Assembly (NCBI GenBank): GCA_029907465.1
Contig: JARYLV010000001.1
Span: 76,923 to 140,922, forward strand
Direction: 5' to 3'
DNA from: Methanomassiliicoccales archaeon
GTDB lineage: Archaea; Thermoplasmatota; Thermoplasmata; Methanomassiliicoccales; JACIVX01
Length of the DNA stretch: 64,000 bases
The notes below the pieces were generated by a model. It had not been told where the DNA came from. It did not search any database and saw nothing but the letters and a program-made list of their open reading frames with translations. Numbering within the stretch: the first letter of the stretch is position 1; every line of letters starts with the position of its first letter. Below are positions 10,314 to 20,472 of this stretch, one piece after another. A program made the translations under genes and the position numbers.

Positions 10314-11507
10314 TCAGGCCTCCTTATAGATCTTTAAAAATCTGTCGGCGGAGACTTCAAAGTCGAATTCACGTTCAGCAAGATTCCTCCCGATGCTCGC
10401 CATTTTTCTAATACGGTTACTGTCCGTTACGAGAGTTACGAGTTCTTCTCCCATTCTTGCAGAATCGCCTGACAACATGACGCCAGCACCCTTATCGATA
10501 ATGTCTGTCTTTATTCCTCTTCCAAAGGATGATGCGATCGGCACTCCGCATGAGATCGATTCAATAGCGACAAACGGGAAAAGATCGATTCTGCTTGTAA
10601 TCAGCAAAAGGTCCGCGACATTGTAAAGAAGGGGCATCGTATTGTGTCTAAAAGGTTGAGTGATCAAGCGTATATTCTTCTTCAGATTCAATGAATCGAT
10701 GAGTTCGCGGAGCTTCCCTTCCTCAGGACCAACACCTTGGATAATCAAAATGGAATTTGGGAGTTCTCTCACCACATTAACCATCGCCACTATGAGTTTG
10801 TCAATCCCCTTAATCCAATCAAGTCTCGAGACCGAAAGCAGGACGAAATCCGCATCCTCAATCCCAAGTCTCTTCCTGCATTGGTATTTGTCCATAGGTC
10901 TAAAATTCGTCGTATCTACGCCAGAGTGCACAATCTCTCTCAATTTATCCTGCGGAAACCCACATGCAATAAGATGCGATTTTGCAGAAAGGGAGCGAGG
11001 AATTAAACCGGAGATCCCATCAATCATCGCCCTCTTGCTGAATTTATAAAAAAGGGATTGAACCATCCCAGCTGGTTGCCTCATGAAAACATCGATCTCC
11101 TGCCAGACAAAATGACGAGCTTCAATGGATTTTGCTCCCAGCCATGAAAGTACTGTCCCAATCTGGAACAAATCTGACGCTTGAACGACATCGTAATGCT
11201 CTCTCGCTATTTGCGTAGCAAGCGAAGGCGTGAAGGGCATGAAAGGAGCTGGGATCGCTGATTGCAATCTCGTAGGGAGATAGTGAACTCGCAAATTTTC
11301 ATCAAAGACAACCTGCTCCAACGGACGAAATGCATCGGCGACAAAGATGTCAACCTCGTGTCCCCTTGAAGCAATCCTCTTACCCATTTCAAGAATCTGA
11401 ATGCCAGAGTCAGTCGCAGGTCTTAGGTTATTGGCTTTGAATAGAAGACTGGGATCGGAGAGCACATCCGAACTCTTTGTTATCAGATTGACAAGTCCAA
11501 TTTTCAT
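10314..11507 (-). CDS. Glycosyltransferase family 1 (GT4-type)
   Basis: GT-B motifs 'DLFPFVAIESISCGVPIASS' are present. I place the start at the ATG at 11507 (MKIGLVNL...), which forms an ATGA overlap with the stop of the upstream gene. The ORF-track start at 11537 would overlap that gene by 34 nt. Confidence 0.85.
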   Translation of the reverse strand: MKIGLVNLITKSSDVLSDPSLLFKANNLRPATDSGIQILEMGKRIASRGHEVDIFVADAFRPLEQVVFDENLRVHYLPTRLQSAIPAPFMPFTPSLATQIAREHYDVVQASDLFQIGTVLSWLGAKSIEARHFVWQEIDVFMRQPAGMVQSLFYKFSKRAMIDGISGLIPRSLSAKSHLIACGFPQDKLREIVHSGVDTTNFRPMDKYQCRKRLGIEDADFVLLSVSRLDWIKGIDKLIVAMVNVVRELPNSILIIQGVGPEEGKLRELIDSLNLKKNIRLITQPFRHNTMPLLYNVADLLLITSRIDLFPFVAIESISCGVPIASSFGRGIKTDIIDKGAGVMLSGDSARMGEELVTLVTDSNRIRKMASIGRNLAEREFDFEVSADRFLKIYKEA

Positions 11508-13234
11508 CCTGCCCGCCGACCTTTGTAGATTATCCAATACGCGCCGTTATCAAATACCTTATTGTAATTCCCACTTTCGTTGACATAGTGCTGGTAAATG
11601 AATTCCATACCGTATTGTCTATACCACAACTCAGAAGTTCGATCGAATATGATGGCCCCCGCTGTCCTGTTTGATGTGAAATTCTCAAGTTTCAAGGGAT
11701 AAGCGTTGAAGAGGTAAATGTTGTAAAAATTCTTGGGCGGCAAACCACTCCATACATCGGAAGGGAAGAATCCGCCGATAATGAACGATCCATTAGCAAT
11801 ATTTTGATTGATGTAATCTGATGCTTCAAAAGACTCCTCGCTGACGATATAGAGACCCTCCTGATAAAAGAGGGTACTAGCGCACGACATGGAGATAAAT
11901 ATCAAAAAAATCCCAATGGCTGACCCAATTTTTTTCTTTTCAATCCGAACATAGAATATCGCGACGATAATGGATGCACTCAAGACGAGGAAAAGGAGAC
12001 CGCGATCATAAAGCTGCCCCTTGAACAGCACGATGTCCAAAAGACCTACGGCAATTGGCAAAATAATCAGTGCGATAATCATTGATTTAATACTTGACCG
12101 CCTCTTTTTCGCTGAAAATGCGTAAAGGAGTAACGCAAAAAACGCCTGGAGAAGAAGAATGAGGATGAAAACCAATCGAATCAAAGGCGCGACACTAAAA
12201 ATATTCCCAGCCGTTCTCATAGTGACGGTGCCCGTTGCTGCCATGGGTAAATAGACAAGATACTGGAGCCGATTCACCACTTGATCTAATAGAATTGTTG
12301 AGTAGGTGATCGAACCTGTGAAGAGCCACAGGAACCAAATGAGGAAAAAAACTGGAAAGGGCCATGTTCTTTCAAACTGTTCACCACGTGTTTTCATGAC
12401 GACTCTTTTCATCCTCAAATAGATCTCTCTGATCAGAATCCCGCCAAGCACAAATAGTACTGTGGTCGGATGAGAGATCACAATGAATAAAAAGGCGAAG
12501 ATTGCAATGAGCGTCCATATTACTGTTTGTCTTTCAAGAAAGACGAAAACAAAAAGCCCTACAGCAAAACCGATCGATTGAGGCGAAAAATGCAGTTGAA
12601 TCCAAACATCGCCAAGAATAGCAATAAAAAGGGCGTATCGATACTCGACACTGGGCACATAGGTTCGAATGAAGAAATAAAGGGCCAAGAGAGTAAAGAG
12701 TGCCGAAAAGAGTGGGTAATACTTCAGGAGTATCAAAGAAGGCACAGATGCGAGAATTTCGTAAGACGCAGTAACGACAAACATACCTGGGTAATTATAT
12801 GCGTAAGAATAAATCCCCAAATCTTTTAGCCCTCCACTCATAGCAATTTGCGACACTGGAACAAAATGAGAATAGCTGTCCCAAATCGACGGGTATCGTT
12901 CAAAGAAAACGGGAGCGCACCATAGCGAGAGGAAGAGAAAAGATGTGACAAGAAGAAAGAGATGCTCATTCATGAGGTTCCAGCTGAGAACGACGGAGAA
13001 AACGATAAAGAAGATACCAATCCAATAGTATATCGGCAAAACCTCTAGTAGGCCGAACTGAAGAGTTTCAGGCAACCATTCGTATTCAACCCCAATGGAT
13101 GAGACGACCACAATCGTGAAGCCAGCGAGAGAGAGTAATGCGATTAGGAGCGGCCTAATCTGATGAGTCTGATTGGAAAATGAAGCATTTTCTCTTTGCT
13201 TGCTATCGGACAATCCGAGACCTTCTGTGACCAT
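11504..13234 (-). CDS. Large polytopic membrane protein (~14 TM helices plus ~110-aa C-terminal soluble domain). It may be a GT-C-like glycosyltransferase or a glycan polymerase (DUF2206-like).
   Basis: 576-aa ORF that is hydrophobic throughout, with a soluble C-terminus 'EESFEASDYINQNI...YWIIYKGRRAG'. It is the first gene of the minus-strand GT operon. The family assignment is not secure. Confidence 0.45.
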   Translation of the reverse strand: MVTEGLGLSDSKQRENASFSNQTHQIRPLLIALLSLAGFTIVVVSSIGVEYEWLPETLQFGLLEVLPIYYWIGIFFIVFSVVLSWNLMNEHLFLLVTSFLFLSLWCAPVFFERYPSIWDSYSHFVPVSQIAMSGGLKDLGIYSYAYNYPGMFVVTASYEILASVPSLILLKYYPLFSALFTLLALYFFIRTYVPSVEYRYALFIAILGDVWIQLHFSPQSIGFAVGLFVFVFLERQTVIWTLIAIFAFLFIVISHPTTVLFVLGGILIREIYLRMKRVVMKTRGEQFERTWPFPVFFLIWFLWLFTGSITYSTILLDQVVNRLQYLVYLPMAATGTVTMRTAGNIFSVAPLIRLVFILILLLQAFFALLLYAFSAKKRRSSIKSMIIALIILPIAVGLLDIVLFKGQLYDRGLLFLVLSASIIVAIFYVRIEKKKIGSAIGIFLIFISMSCASTLFYQEGLYIVSEESFEASDYINQNIANGSFIIGGFFPSDVWSGLPPKNFYNIYLFNAYPLKLENFTSNRTAGAIIFDRTSELWYRQYGMEFIYQHYVNESGNYNKVFDNGAYWIIYKGRRAG

Positions 13235-13368
13235 AAGACTGCATCCTTATTGACCCATGCACGACAGTCTTTGTGCAATCAAGAACTTAGCTTTCGGGAT
13301 CATTATAACAGTTTCGCATATCTCCGACTGGTCGAGTAGAAATAGTCCCTCCCCAATACCAACTATCA

Positions 13369-14034
13369 ATGTGGCTCCCCGGCCATTTAGCTCTTTCAGC
13401 TCTTGCGGTTTTACCGGTCATCGAGGCTATAGCCTCCAAGAGAAGTGTGAACCGGATTCAAGTTCTCGCATTTCTCTTCTTCTTCTCCGTCTTTCCAGAT
13501 TTCTTGCACATCGGTGAACTTCGGATTCTGACTCATAGTCTCCTCGGTCTCAGCCTTTCTGTAGCCATTATTACTTTACTAATATGGAAACTGGTAGGAA
13601 TCGATCGGATCCTCTTGTCCATCACAATCGTAGCATCAGGACTTCATCTTTTAGGGGATTGGATCTTTGGACATTTCTACCCCTTATTCCCATTTTCCAC
13701 GCAATATTTCTCAATCAACAATTTCAACACACTGCTGAATATGAGAACAGAGTTATTATTATTCATACTGGTGCTGCCTTTTATCTTTCTCGTCTTAAAA
13801 AAGGCGTATCGAGACACCAACTCCATCAGCTACCCGCCGAAACAACGGCATATTGCACTCGTCATGGTATCAGCATTTATGTTGATGGGCACCGTCCAAA
13901 CGATATTATTTTTCGGAATGAGTGTGCAACATGCTCCTACGCTGACTTCCATATCCCTATTCATTACATATCCAATTATTCTCTTTCTCTCGATTTTGAT
14001 CGCTATCGCGATCAGCAAAAAGGGCTTTTTATGA
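13369..14034 (+). CDS. Membrane-bound metal-dependent hydrolase, YdjM/DUF457 family
   Basis: Motifs are collinear with E. coli YdjM: N-terminal 'PGH', 'FPDFLH', 'ILTHSLLG' and 'GLHLLGD'. About 6 TM segments. Confidence 0.6.
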   Translation: MWLPGHLALSALAVLPVIEAIASKRSVNRIQVLAFLFFFSVFPDFLHIGELRILTHSLLGLSLSVAIITLLIWKLVGIDRILLSITIVASGLHLLGDWIFGHFYPLFPFSTQYFSINNFNTLLNMRTELLLFILVLPFIFLVLKKAYRDTNSISYPPKQRHIALVMVSAFMLMGTVQTILFFGMSVQHAPTLTSISLFITYPIILFLSILIAIAISKKGFL

Positions 14035-14360
14035 GAAATATTGTGGAATTGCAATAGCCCCTTTCATTTTCAATTCCCTAGGAAAAATCCAGTGCGAATG
14101 CTGCGGAAAGGATCGTTCGATGACCCTCTAACTATATTACTTTCAAAAAGATGGGAAAAGTTTATTAATATTGTGTAGCACATAAGTAACTGAAATTTGC
14201 CTCTTGGAAAACTTGGGTTTTTCTGGAGCAAATTGAGAAAGAAAGATCGATTAATTGGATGAAGACTCTTCAGGGGGGACGGATACGAGAAGCGACATAT
14301 TAGTGGATATTCGGAGTAACTCCTCTGGGATCGATCTCAAAACTGGGAGAGGAGTGAAAG

Positions 14361-15188
14361 ATGGAGAAAGTTGTCGTTATTATCCCAACTCTCAATGAAG
14401 AGTGTCGCATAGGCAACGTCATTGATGGACTTTTGGAAATAAGAGATCAACTTACAGACTTGCAGCTTGAGATCATCGTCGTTGACGGCGGATCAACGGA
14501 TAAGACCACCGAGATTGCGAAACGAAAGGGAGCGAGAGTTTTTGTCCAGAACGGCAACGGTAAAGGAAATGGAATGCGACAGATCTTTGCGTTAGGAAAC
14601 CCTCAGGAGGTGGTCATACAAGCCCTTTCGTTGAGTTCCGATGTTGATTCAAAGCTTCACACACTTCTAACACTCCTTGGCTCACGATATATCATGATGA
14701 TGGACGGTGATGGCACTTATCTTGCATCTGATCTTATAAAGGTCCTTGAAGCGCTTCGCAGAGGATATGATGTCGTAATGGGTTCAAGATTTCTCGGAAG
14801 AATTGAGAAGAATGCGATGAGGAGATTGAATTACCTAGGCAATCTCATGCTCAGTTTAATCGCATCGATTATTTATCAGAAAAAAACGACAGATCTCTGC
14901 ACGGGCATGTGGGGTTTTAGCACACAGGCTCTCAGGCAAATGGATCTCGATTCGACCCATTTTGACCTAGAGGCAGAGATGTTCGCTGAATGCTCAAAAA
15001 GAGGATTTAGAATAGGGGAGGTTCCCATAAATTATCTACCCCGGGCGGGCAATTCGAAACTTATCCCTACCGTTGCTGGTTTTGCAATCTTCAAGAAACT
15101 CATTCAAAGACGATTTGCTAGCATGGGAAGCAAAATTGCCAAGACGTCTGAAACAAAGAAAAAAGCTATCACTGTGGAAGTGCGTTGA
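14361..15188 (+). CDS. Glycosyltransferase family 2 (dolichyl-phosphate sugar synthase-like)
   Basis: 'VVIIPTLNEE...IIVVDGGSTDKT' and DxD 'MMDGDGTY' are present. A GGAGAGGAG Shine-Dalgarno sequence lies just upstream of the ATG. Confidence 0.85.
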   Translation: MEKVVVIIPTLNEECRIGNVIDGLLEIRDQLTDLQLEIIVVDGGSTDKTTEIAKRKGARVFVQNGNGKGNGMRQIFALGNPQEVVIQALSLSSDVDSKLHTLLTLLGSRYIMMMDGDGTYLASDLIKVLEALRRGYDVVMGSRFLGRIEKNAMRRLNYLGNLMLSLIASIIYQKKTTDLCTGMWGFSTQALRQMDLDSTHFDLEAEMFAECSKRGFRIGEVPINYLPRAGNSKLIPTVAGFAIFKKLIQRRFASMGSKIAKTSETKKKAITVEVR

Positions 15189-15220
15189 ATACTCAGTAGG
15201 CAATTGCTGAAAGGATAAGT

Positions 15221-16429
15221 ATGAGAGTCGCGATCACTACCCCCGAATTTTTGTCGGATTGGGGAGGCGTTGGCACCTATGCAGCTCTACTTGCAAAGAA
15301 TTTGCCGGAAGAGTTCGAGGTTCATGTCATCACACTTCGGCCTTCGAAAGAAATTGAAAGCTTGAAGCAAAAAGAAGTCTTTGAACGCGCAAAGGTGCAC
15401 ATAATTGGGTCAGCTAGTGACACATTCATTTACAATAGTCAATTCCAATTTAACCTCATGAGAAAATTCAGAATGCTGCAGAAAGAAGGAAAGTTCGACA
15501 TCCTTCACGCGAACCACGCCCAGATGCCCGATCTTCTACTTAAGTTTTTCAAAGTTGGTATACCCTCTGTGACAACCGTTCATACCACTTTAAGATCGCA
15601 GATGATGGGGACATCATCTTCGCATCTCAGTCTAAAAGAGATGGAACGTTCGGAGAAAATGACAGCCCTATTTTCGCCTGCACTCCTTGCCGCGGAACGA
15701 ATGTATATAGGGCGATGCGAAAATCTGATTTTCGTTTCTAATTACATTCAGAAACTGTTTGAGGTTTCATTTGGAAAGCCCAAACGTTTCGAGGTCATTC
15801 ATAACGGTATCGACACGGATCTCTTTAGACCAAGAGATGAAAGAGAGTGTTATAGCTATTTTCCAATGCTGGAGGGCCACGAGAACATCATTCTATTCAT
15901 CGGAAGAATGCTTGCTTTGAAGGGACTCGATGTACTCATTGATTCCTTTGCGAAGATAATTCAGGAAATTGATGCGCACCTGGTACTTGCAGGTGCTGGG
16001 AGTTTTGAACCTTGGAGGAAACGACTCATAAGGAATAACATTCCTGGCTCAAAATATACCTTCCTGGGAAAGGTCCCGCACTATAAGATCCCATTTTTGT
16101 ACCCTCTTGCGTCAGTGTTCACACTACCTAGTTACTCCGAAAGTTTTCCGTTAACGATTTTGGAAGCAATGTCTTGCGGCGTCCCAGTGGTAGCTACCAA
16201 TGTTGGCGGCCTCCCGGAAATGATCGAAGACGGTGTTAATGGTTTCTTAGTCGAACCGGGTGATCCTGCCACGCTAGCCCAAAAAATATTCCAAGTCATC
16301 CATTCGAGGGAAAAAGCCTCGGAACTCGCAAGAAAAGGAAGATATAGGGCCGTCATTGAATTTTCTGCGAAGAGGATGGCGAACGAAACAGCGGAAATGT
16401 ACAAGAGAGTGATCGGGGTGGTGGAGTGA
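15221..16429 (+). CDS. Glycosyltransferase family 1 (GT4-type)
   Basis: 'PSYSESFPLTILEAMSCGVPVVATNVGGLPEMIEDGVNGFLV' (E-x7-E region). 402 aa. Confidence 0.9.
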   Translation: MRVAITTPEFLSDWGGVGTYAALLAKNLPEEFEVHVITLRPSKEIESLKQKEVFERAKVHIIGSASDTFIYNSQFQFNLMRKFRMLQKEGKFDILHANHAQMPDLLLKFFKVGIPSVTTVHTTLRSQMMGTSSSHLSLKEMERSEKMTALFSPALLAAERMYIGRCENLIFVSNYIQKLFEVSFGKPKRFEVIHNGIDTDLFRPRDERECYSYFPMLEGHENIILFIGRMLALKGLDVLIDSFAKIIQEIDAHLVLAGAGSFEPWRKRLIRNNIPGSKYTFLGKVPHYKIPFLYPLASVFTLPSYSESFPLTILEAMSCGVPVVATNVGGLPEMIEDGVNGFLVEPGDPATLAQKIFQVIHSREKASELARKGRYRAVIEFSAKRMANETAEMYKRVIGVVE

Positions 16430-17859
16430 AAGTCCTACTCGTAAATCCACCACGATTTAACGGTGTCCCAGTGATTAGAGAAGAGCGATGTGAGATTACA
16501 GAAAGATACTCCGTCTTAGAACCCTACAGTTTACTTCAAATCGCCGCAGATCTGCTGCAACGGGGGTATCTCGTCTACCTTGCTGATTTGAATGGTTTCA
16601 ATCTTTCCTATGACAGATTTGCTTCAGACCTGAAGAGAATTAGTCCTGACGTAGTCGTATTTCGATTCACGCCGACGACTTTTGATTGGGACATGAAGAC
16701 CGCTGGAATTGCCAAATCCTTCGATGCGCGAATCAAGACTATTGGTATATGCTGGACATTGAGAACAATGCCTGAAACAGTGATGACTAATGCGCCGAAT
16801 CTCGATATATATGTCCGGCACGAGTATGAGGTCACAACACCTGCCGTTCTCGATGCGATTTCCTCCGGAGTGGATCTCGCTGCCGTGAGGGGTATTGCCT
16901 ATCGTAATGATGAGGAGATCAGGGTTACCGACGACGCCTTTCCTCTGCACGATTATGATTCACTTCCACTACCTGCCTATGATCTCTTACCAAGTTTCAA
17001 ACCTTACTATGTCACCGCACCCGCGGGTAAGCCGTTTACAATCATGTACACGAGCAAGGGATGCCCCTTCAAATGCTCGTTCTGTACTGTTGCTGGTACA
17101 GCTTGGAAGCCAAGGTCTGCCGAGAAAATACTGGAAGAACTGAGATTTCTCAAACAAAGGTACAAAATTCGAACTGTCTCCTTCTTCGATGAGACTTTCA
17201 CGCTCGACAGGAAAAGAGTGGAAAAGATCTGCAAGATCCTGATAGAGGAGGATCTCGATTTCCAATGGTATTGCAACACGAGGGCGCATCTCGTTGACCG
17301 CGATCTCCTTTTCCTCATGAGAAAGGCTGGTTGCACTGGGATCTCCTATGGCATTGAATCGGGGAGCCAGAAAATCCTCGATTATTGTGACAAGAATTTG
17401 AAGGTCGAACAAGGAAAGAATGCGATCAGGTGGGCAAAAGAGGCGGGGATTAAGACATTTTGCAGCTTCATATTAGGTCTTCCCGGGGAGGATTGGGAAA
17501 CGATCGGTGAGACATTCAGATTTATCGATGAGACTTTGCCAACGAGTGCACAATTCAATGTCGCCGTACCATATCCAGGGACAAAGTTGTTTGAACAGAT
17601 GAAAAAAGAATACCCTCGCGAATTTGATTTTAGATTGCTTTATCAGGACGATGCTGTTGTCGGCACAGAAAGTCTTTCACCAGCAGATCTCAACAAAGTA
17701 CGGAAGATGGCATACAGAGCCCTCTACTTCAATCCGAATTGGTGGATTTCTAATATACAACATGTCCTAAAGAACCCTAAGGACATGCAGCTCGCCCTTG
17801 CATATGCGTTGAAAATAGCAGATAATTATTTAATTCACGGGATGAAAGATGCTCACTAG
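16426..17859 (+). CDS. Cobalamin-binding-domain radical SAM enzyme (class B type)
   Basis: An N-terminal Rossmann-like B12-binding-type domain (MKVLLVNPP...VVVFRFTPTT) is followed by the radical SAM cluster motif 'CPFKCSFC' (CxxxCxxC). The GTG start overlaps the upstream GT4 stop (GTGA). Confidence 0.8.
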   Translation: MKVLLVNPPRFNGVPVIREERCEITERYSVLEPYSLLQIAADLLQRGYLVYLADLNGFNLSYDRFASDLKRISPDVVVFRFTPTTFDWDMKTAGIAKSFDARIKTIGICWTLRTMPETVMTNAPNLDIYVRHEYEVTTPAVLDAISSGVDLAAVRGIAYRNDEEIRVTDDAFPLHDYDSLPLPAYDLLPSFKPYYVTAPAGKPFTIMYTSKGCPFKCSFCTVAGTAWKPRSAEKILEELRFLKQRYKIRTVSFFDETFTLDRKRVEKICKILIEEDLDFQWYCNTRAHLVDRDLLFLMRKAGCTGISYGIESGSQKILDYCDKNLKVEQGKNAIRWAKEAGIKTFCSFILGLPGEDWETIGETFRFIDETLPTSAQFNVAVPYPGTKLFEQMKKEYPREFDFRLLYQDDAVVGTESLSPADLNKVRKMAYRALYFNPNWWISNIQHVLKNPKDMQLALAYALKIADNYLIHGMKDAH

Positions 17860-17877
17860 AGACGAGGATCGGAGACG

Positions 17878-19083
17878 ATGGAGACAAGAAAAATTCTGAT
17901 GGTTTCAACATTCTATCCGCCCTTTCATATCGGCGGGGATGCCGTCCATGTGAAGTACCTCGCAGAGGAGCTCGCAAAAAGGGGTCACGAGGTGCATGTT
18001 CTTCACAGCATTGATGCGTATGCGTTCAAACAGGGCAGGATTCGCGAGCGACATCAAGGCGATCTTGTCCATCTGCATTCGATCCAAACAAACTATCCAG
18101 TCATCTCAACCGTTGCTACTTATCTCACGGGGAGAAACGGTGCTGTTGAAAGAACGCTCCGTCATATCATGACTGAGATAGATCCAGAGTGGGTACACTT
18201 CCACAACATTTCTCTCCTCGGCTATAAGATCCTGACGATCCCAAATAAGATGAAAATCTACACTGCACACGACCACTGGCTCATATGTCAGAGAAATGAT
18301 TTAATGAATGCTGGGAGATTCATTTGCGAGAAGGCATCGTGCATGAAGTGTTCAGCTAAGTCCTTGAGACCATACCAATTTTGGAGAGATCAGGAATACA
18401 GGAACGCACTCACGAAAATCGATATTATCCTCGCGCCTTCTAGGTACATGGGCGGAGTCTTGAAAAAGCACATGGGGATCGATCCAACCGTTCTTCCCAA
18501 TTTCGCTCCAAGGAATACTTGCAGAACATCAGAGATATCGGACGGAGCCCCTTTTTTCCTATTTGCCTCAGTCCTGGAAAAGCACAAGGGATTACATTTA
18601 TTGCTGGAGTGTTTTTGCGGCGGTGGTCTTGACTCAGACCTTCATGTAGCGGGAAAAGGTCATTTGGAAAAACTTGTGCTTAGAAAAGCGTCTGAAACGA
18701 AAGGCCGTGTGAAATACCTTGGTTACCTTTCGCGATCGGAGCTAATAGAAGAACTCGAGTCCGCGACGTGCTTTGTCTCCCCCTCGATTTGTGTTGAGAA
18801 TTCTCCACTTTCATGCATCGAAGCATTATCTATGGGGAAACCGCTCGTTGTAAGCAACAGAGGTGGATTACCAGAACTAGTTACAGATCCTGAATGTGGT
18901 ATAGTCTGTGAGCCGACTGTTGAAAAGATCAAAGACGCTCTCAGAAGAATTGAAAACGATGAAAAACTGAGATCCCAGATGTCTGCGAATGCGTTAAGAC
19001 GCTACGAACTGTATCATACGCCTGAGCGTTATTTGGAATCGTATTTCAGAGTAATTGAAGAGCTGAGGGAAAATGTCACTTAA
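17878..19083 (+). CDS. Glycosyltransferase family 1 (GT4-type)
   Basis: 'FYPPFHIGGDAVHV' at the N-terminus and 'ENSPLSCIEALSMGKPLVVSNRGGLPELV' at the C-terminus. Confidence 0.9.
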   Translation: METRKILMVSTFYPPFHIGGDAVHVKYLAEELAKRGHEVHVLHSIDAYAFKQGRIRERHQGDLVHLHSIQTNYPVISTVATYLTGRNGAVERTLRHIMTEIDPEWVHFHNISLLGYKILTIPNKMKIYTAHDHWLICQRNDLMNAGRFICEKASCMKCSAKSLRPYQFWRDQEYRNALTKIDIILAPSRYMGGVLKKHMGIDPTVLPNFAPRNTCRTSEISDGAPFFLFASVLEKHKGLHLLLECFCGGGLDSDLHVAGKGHLEKLVLRKASETKGRVKYLGYLSRSELIEELESATCFVSPSICVENSPLSCIEALSMGKPLVVSNRGGLPELVTDPECGIVCEPTVEKIKDALRRIENDEKLRSQMSANALRRYELYHTPERYLESYFRVIEELRENVT

Positions 19084-20458
19084 GATCGCATTAATAAATG
19101 TAGGATTTGGACCAGAAGAGAAGATGGTTGGGATTAGCCCGCCGTTGGGGATTTTGCATATTGGGGCATATTTGCGCGACAACTCTTTCGATGTCAATCT
19201 TTTTGACTGGTGCGGAGAGCCGCTCGACGCAAATCACAGGGCTGCTCTTGACCATTATGGGCCTCAGATTGTTGGTATTACCGTGACAATAAGCTCCTCT
19301 ATCTCAAGGGCCATTACCGTCAGTCGCTGGGCTAAAGAAAGCGGTGCGACTGTTGTATGGGGAGGTCCTGGACCGACATCGCTTCCTGGATTGTGCTTGA
19401 AGGATGCGCCAGTCGATTTTGTTGTCATAGGGGAGGGCGAAGAAACGATGCTCGATTTATGTAGATCGCTGGAAAGGAATGCGGATTTCACGCAGGTAGA
19501 CGGCATTGCTTTTCTTCGCGACGGCAGACTTACTATGACAAGGGCGAGAAAAAGAATTTTGAGACTCGATGACTTGCCTTTACCGATGTGGGAAGGGCTA
19601 GGAGATCTCAGGAAGTACATTGCCCCATTCTATGGCAGAAATTCGATTCCAATGTCAACAAGCAGGGGATGTCCAAATTCATGCACATTCTGTTACACCA
19701 AGGCTATGTGGGGGTACGCGTGGTGCGGAAAAAGTGCTGGGCGAATTGTCGAAGAAATCGAGAAGATCATTCGGATTGAGCCGAGTATTGATGCGTTCAG
19801 TTTCGAGGACGATCTCTTCGTAAAAGACAAGCAGAGGATTTACGAATTTTGCAAAATTGTGAAGAAAAGAGGGCTCGACATCATATGGAATTGTGGAGCC
19901 AGAGCTAAGGATTTGGACCCTGATATTCTGAAGGAAATGAAGGAGGCAGGATGCAGACAGGTACTCATCGGCGTTGAATCAGGTTCGCAGCGCATTCTCG
20001 ATCTCATGAAAAAGGGGGTCACCATCGATAAGATCAGGGAAGCGTTTGAAATGGTACAAAGAGCTGGGATGGATGCTTTTGCATTCATCATGCTTGGACT
20101 ACCATATGAGACGAGAAGTGAGCTAAAGGCGACTGAAAAATTCCTCAAGAAAATCCGAGCGGACGGTGTCGAGTTCAAGGTGTACATGCCATACCCAGGG
20201 ACAGAAATGTTCGAGGTCGCTAAGGAAAAAGGGTTTAAAGAGCCAGATTCCCTACTAGAATGGGATAAACGATCCGATGTACTCGTCCGAGCAATTTATG
20301 AGCGGAACTTTTCGGAAGCGCCCGCAGAAGAGATCGTGAAAATGATTGAAAGAATTCAGAAATTTGTCCGGCTGAGAAGCTACTGGAAAGAATTTTCCAA
20401 GAACCCATTCACCTCCCCCGTTAGAGCGCTTCGATTCATCGCGAAAATTCGATCGTGA
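19073..20458 (+). CDS. Cobalamin-binding-domain radical SAM enzyme (class B type), second copy
   Basis: A B12-binding-like N-domain (IVGITVTISSS...VVWGGPGPT) is followed by 'CPNSCTFC' (CxxxCxxC). The start overlaps the upstream GT4 gene by 11 nt. Confidence 0.8.
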   Translation: MSLKIALINVGFGPEEKMVGISPPLGILHIGAYLRDNSFDVNLFDWCGEPLDANHRAALDHYGPQIVGITVTISSSISRAITVSRWAKESGATVVWGGPGPTSLPGLCLKDAPVDFVVIGEGEETMLDLCRSLERNADFTQVDGIAFLRDGRLTMTRARKRILRLDDLPLPMWEGLGDLRKYIAPFYGRNSIPMSTSRGCPNSCTFCYTKAMWGYAWCGKSAGRIVEEIEKIIRIEPSIDAFSFEDDLFVKDKQRIYEFCKIVKKRGLDIIWNCGARAKDLDPDILKEMKEAGCRQVLIGVESGSQRILDLMKKGVTIDKIREAFEMVQRAGMDAFAFIMLGLPYETRSELKATEKFLKKIRADGVEFKVYMPYPGTEMFEVAKEKGFKEPDSLLEWDKRSDVLVRAIYERNFSEAPAEEIVKMIERIQKFVRLRSYWKEFSKNPFTSPVRALRFIAKIRS

Positions 20459-20472
20459 TAATCGGCCGTTGA

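Noticed and set aside
13257-14057. Alternative-frame ORFs 13257-13517 and 13584-14057 overlapping the YdjM-like gene
   Set aside because: The 13369-14034 frame carries the collinear YdjM/DUF457 His/Asp motifs and coherent TM helices. The other frames are Arg/Ser-rich shadows.
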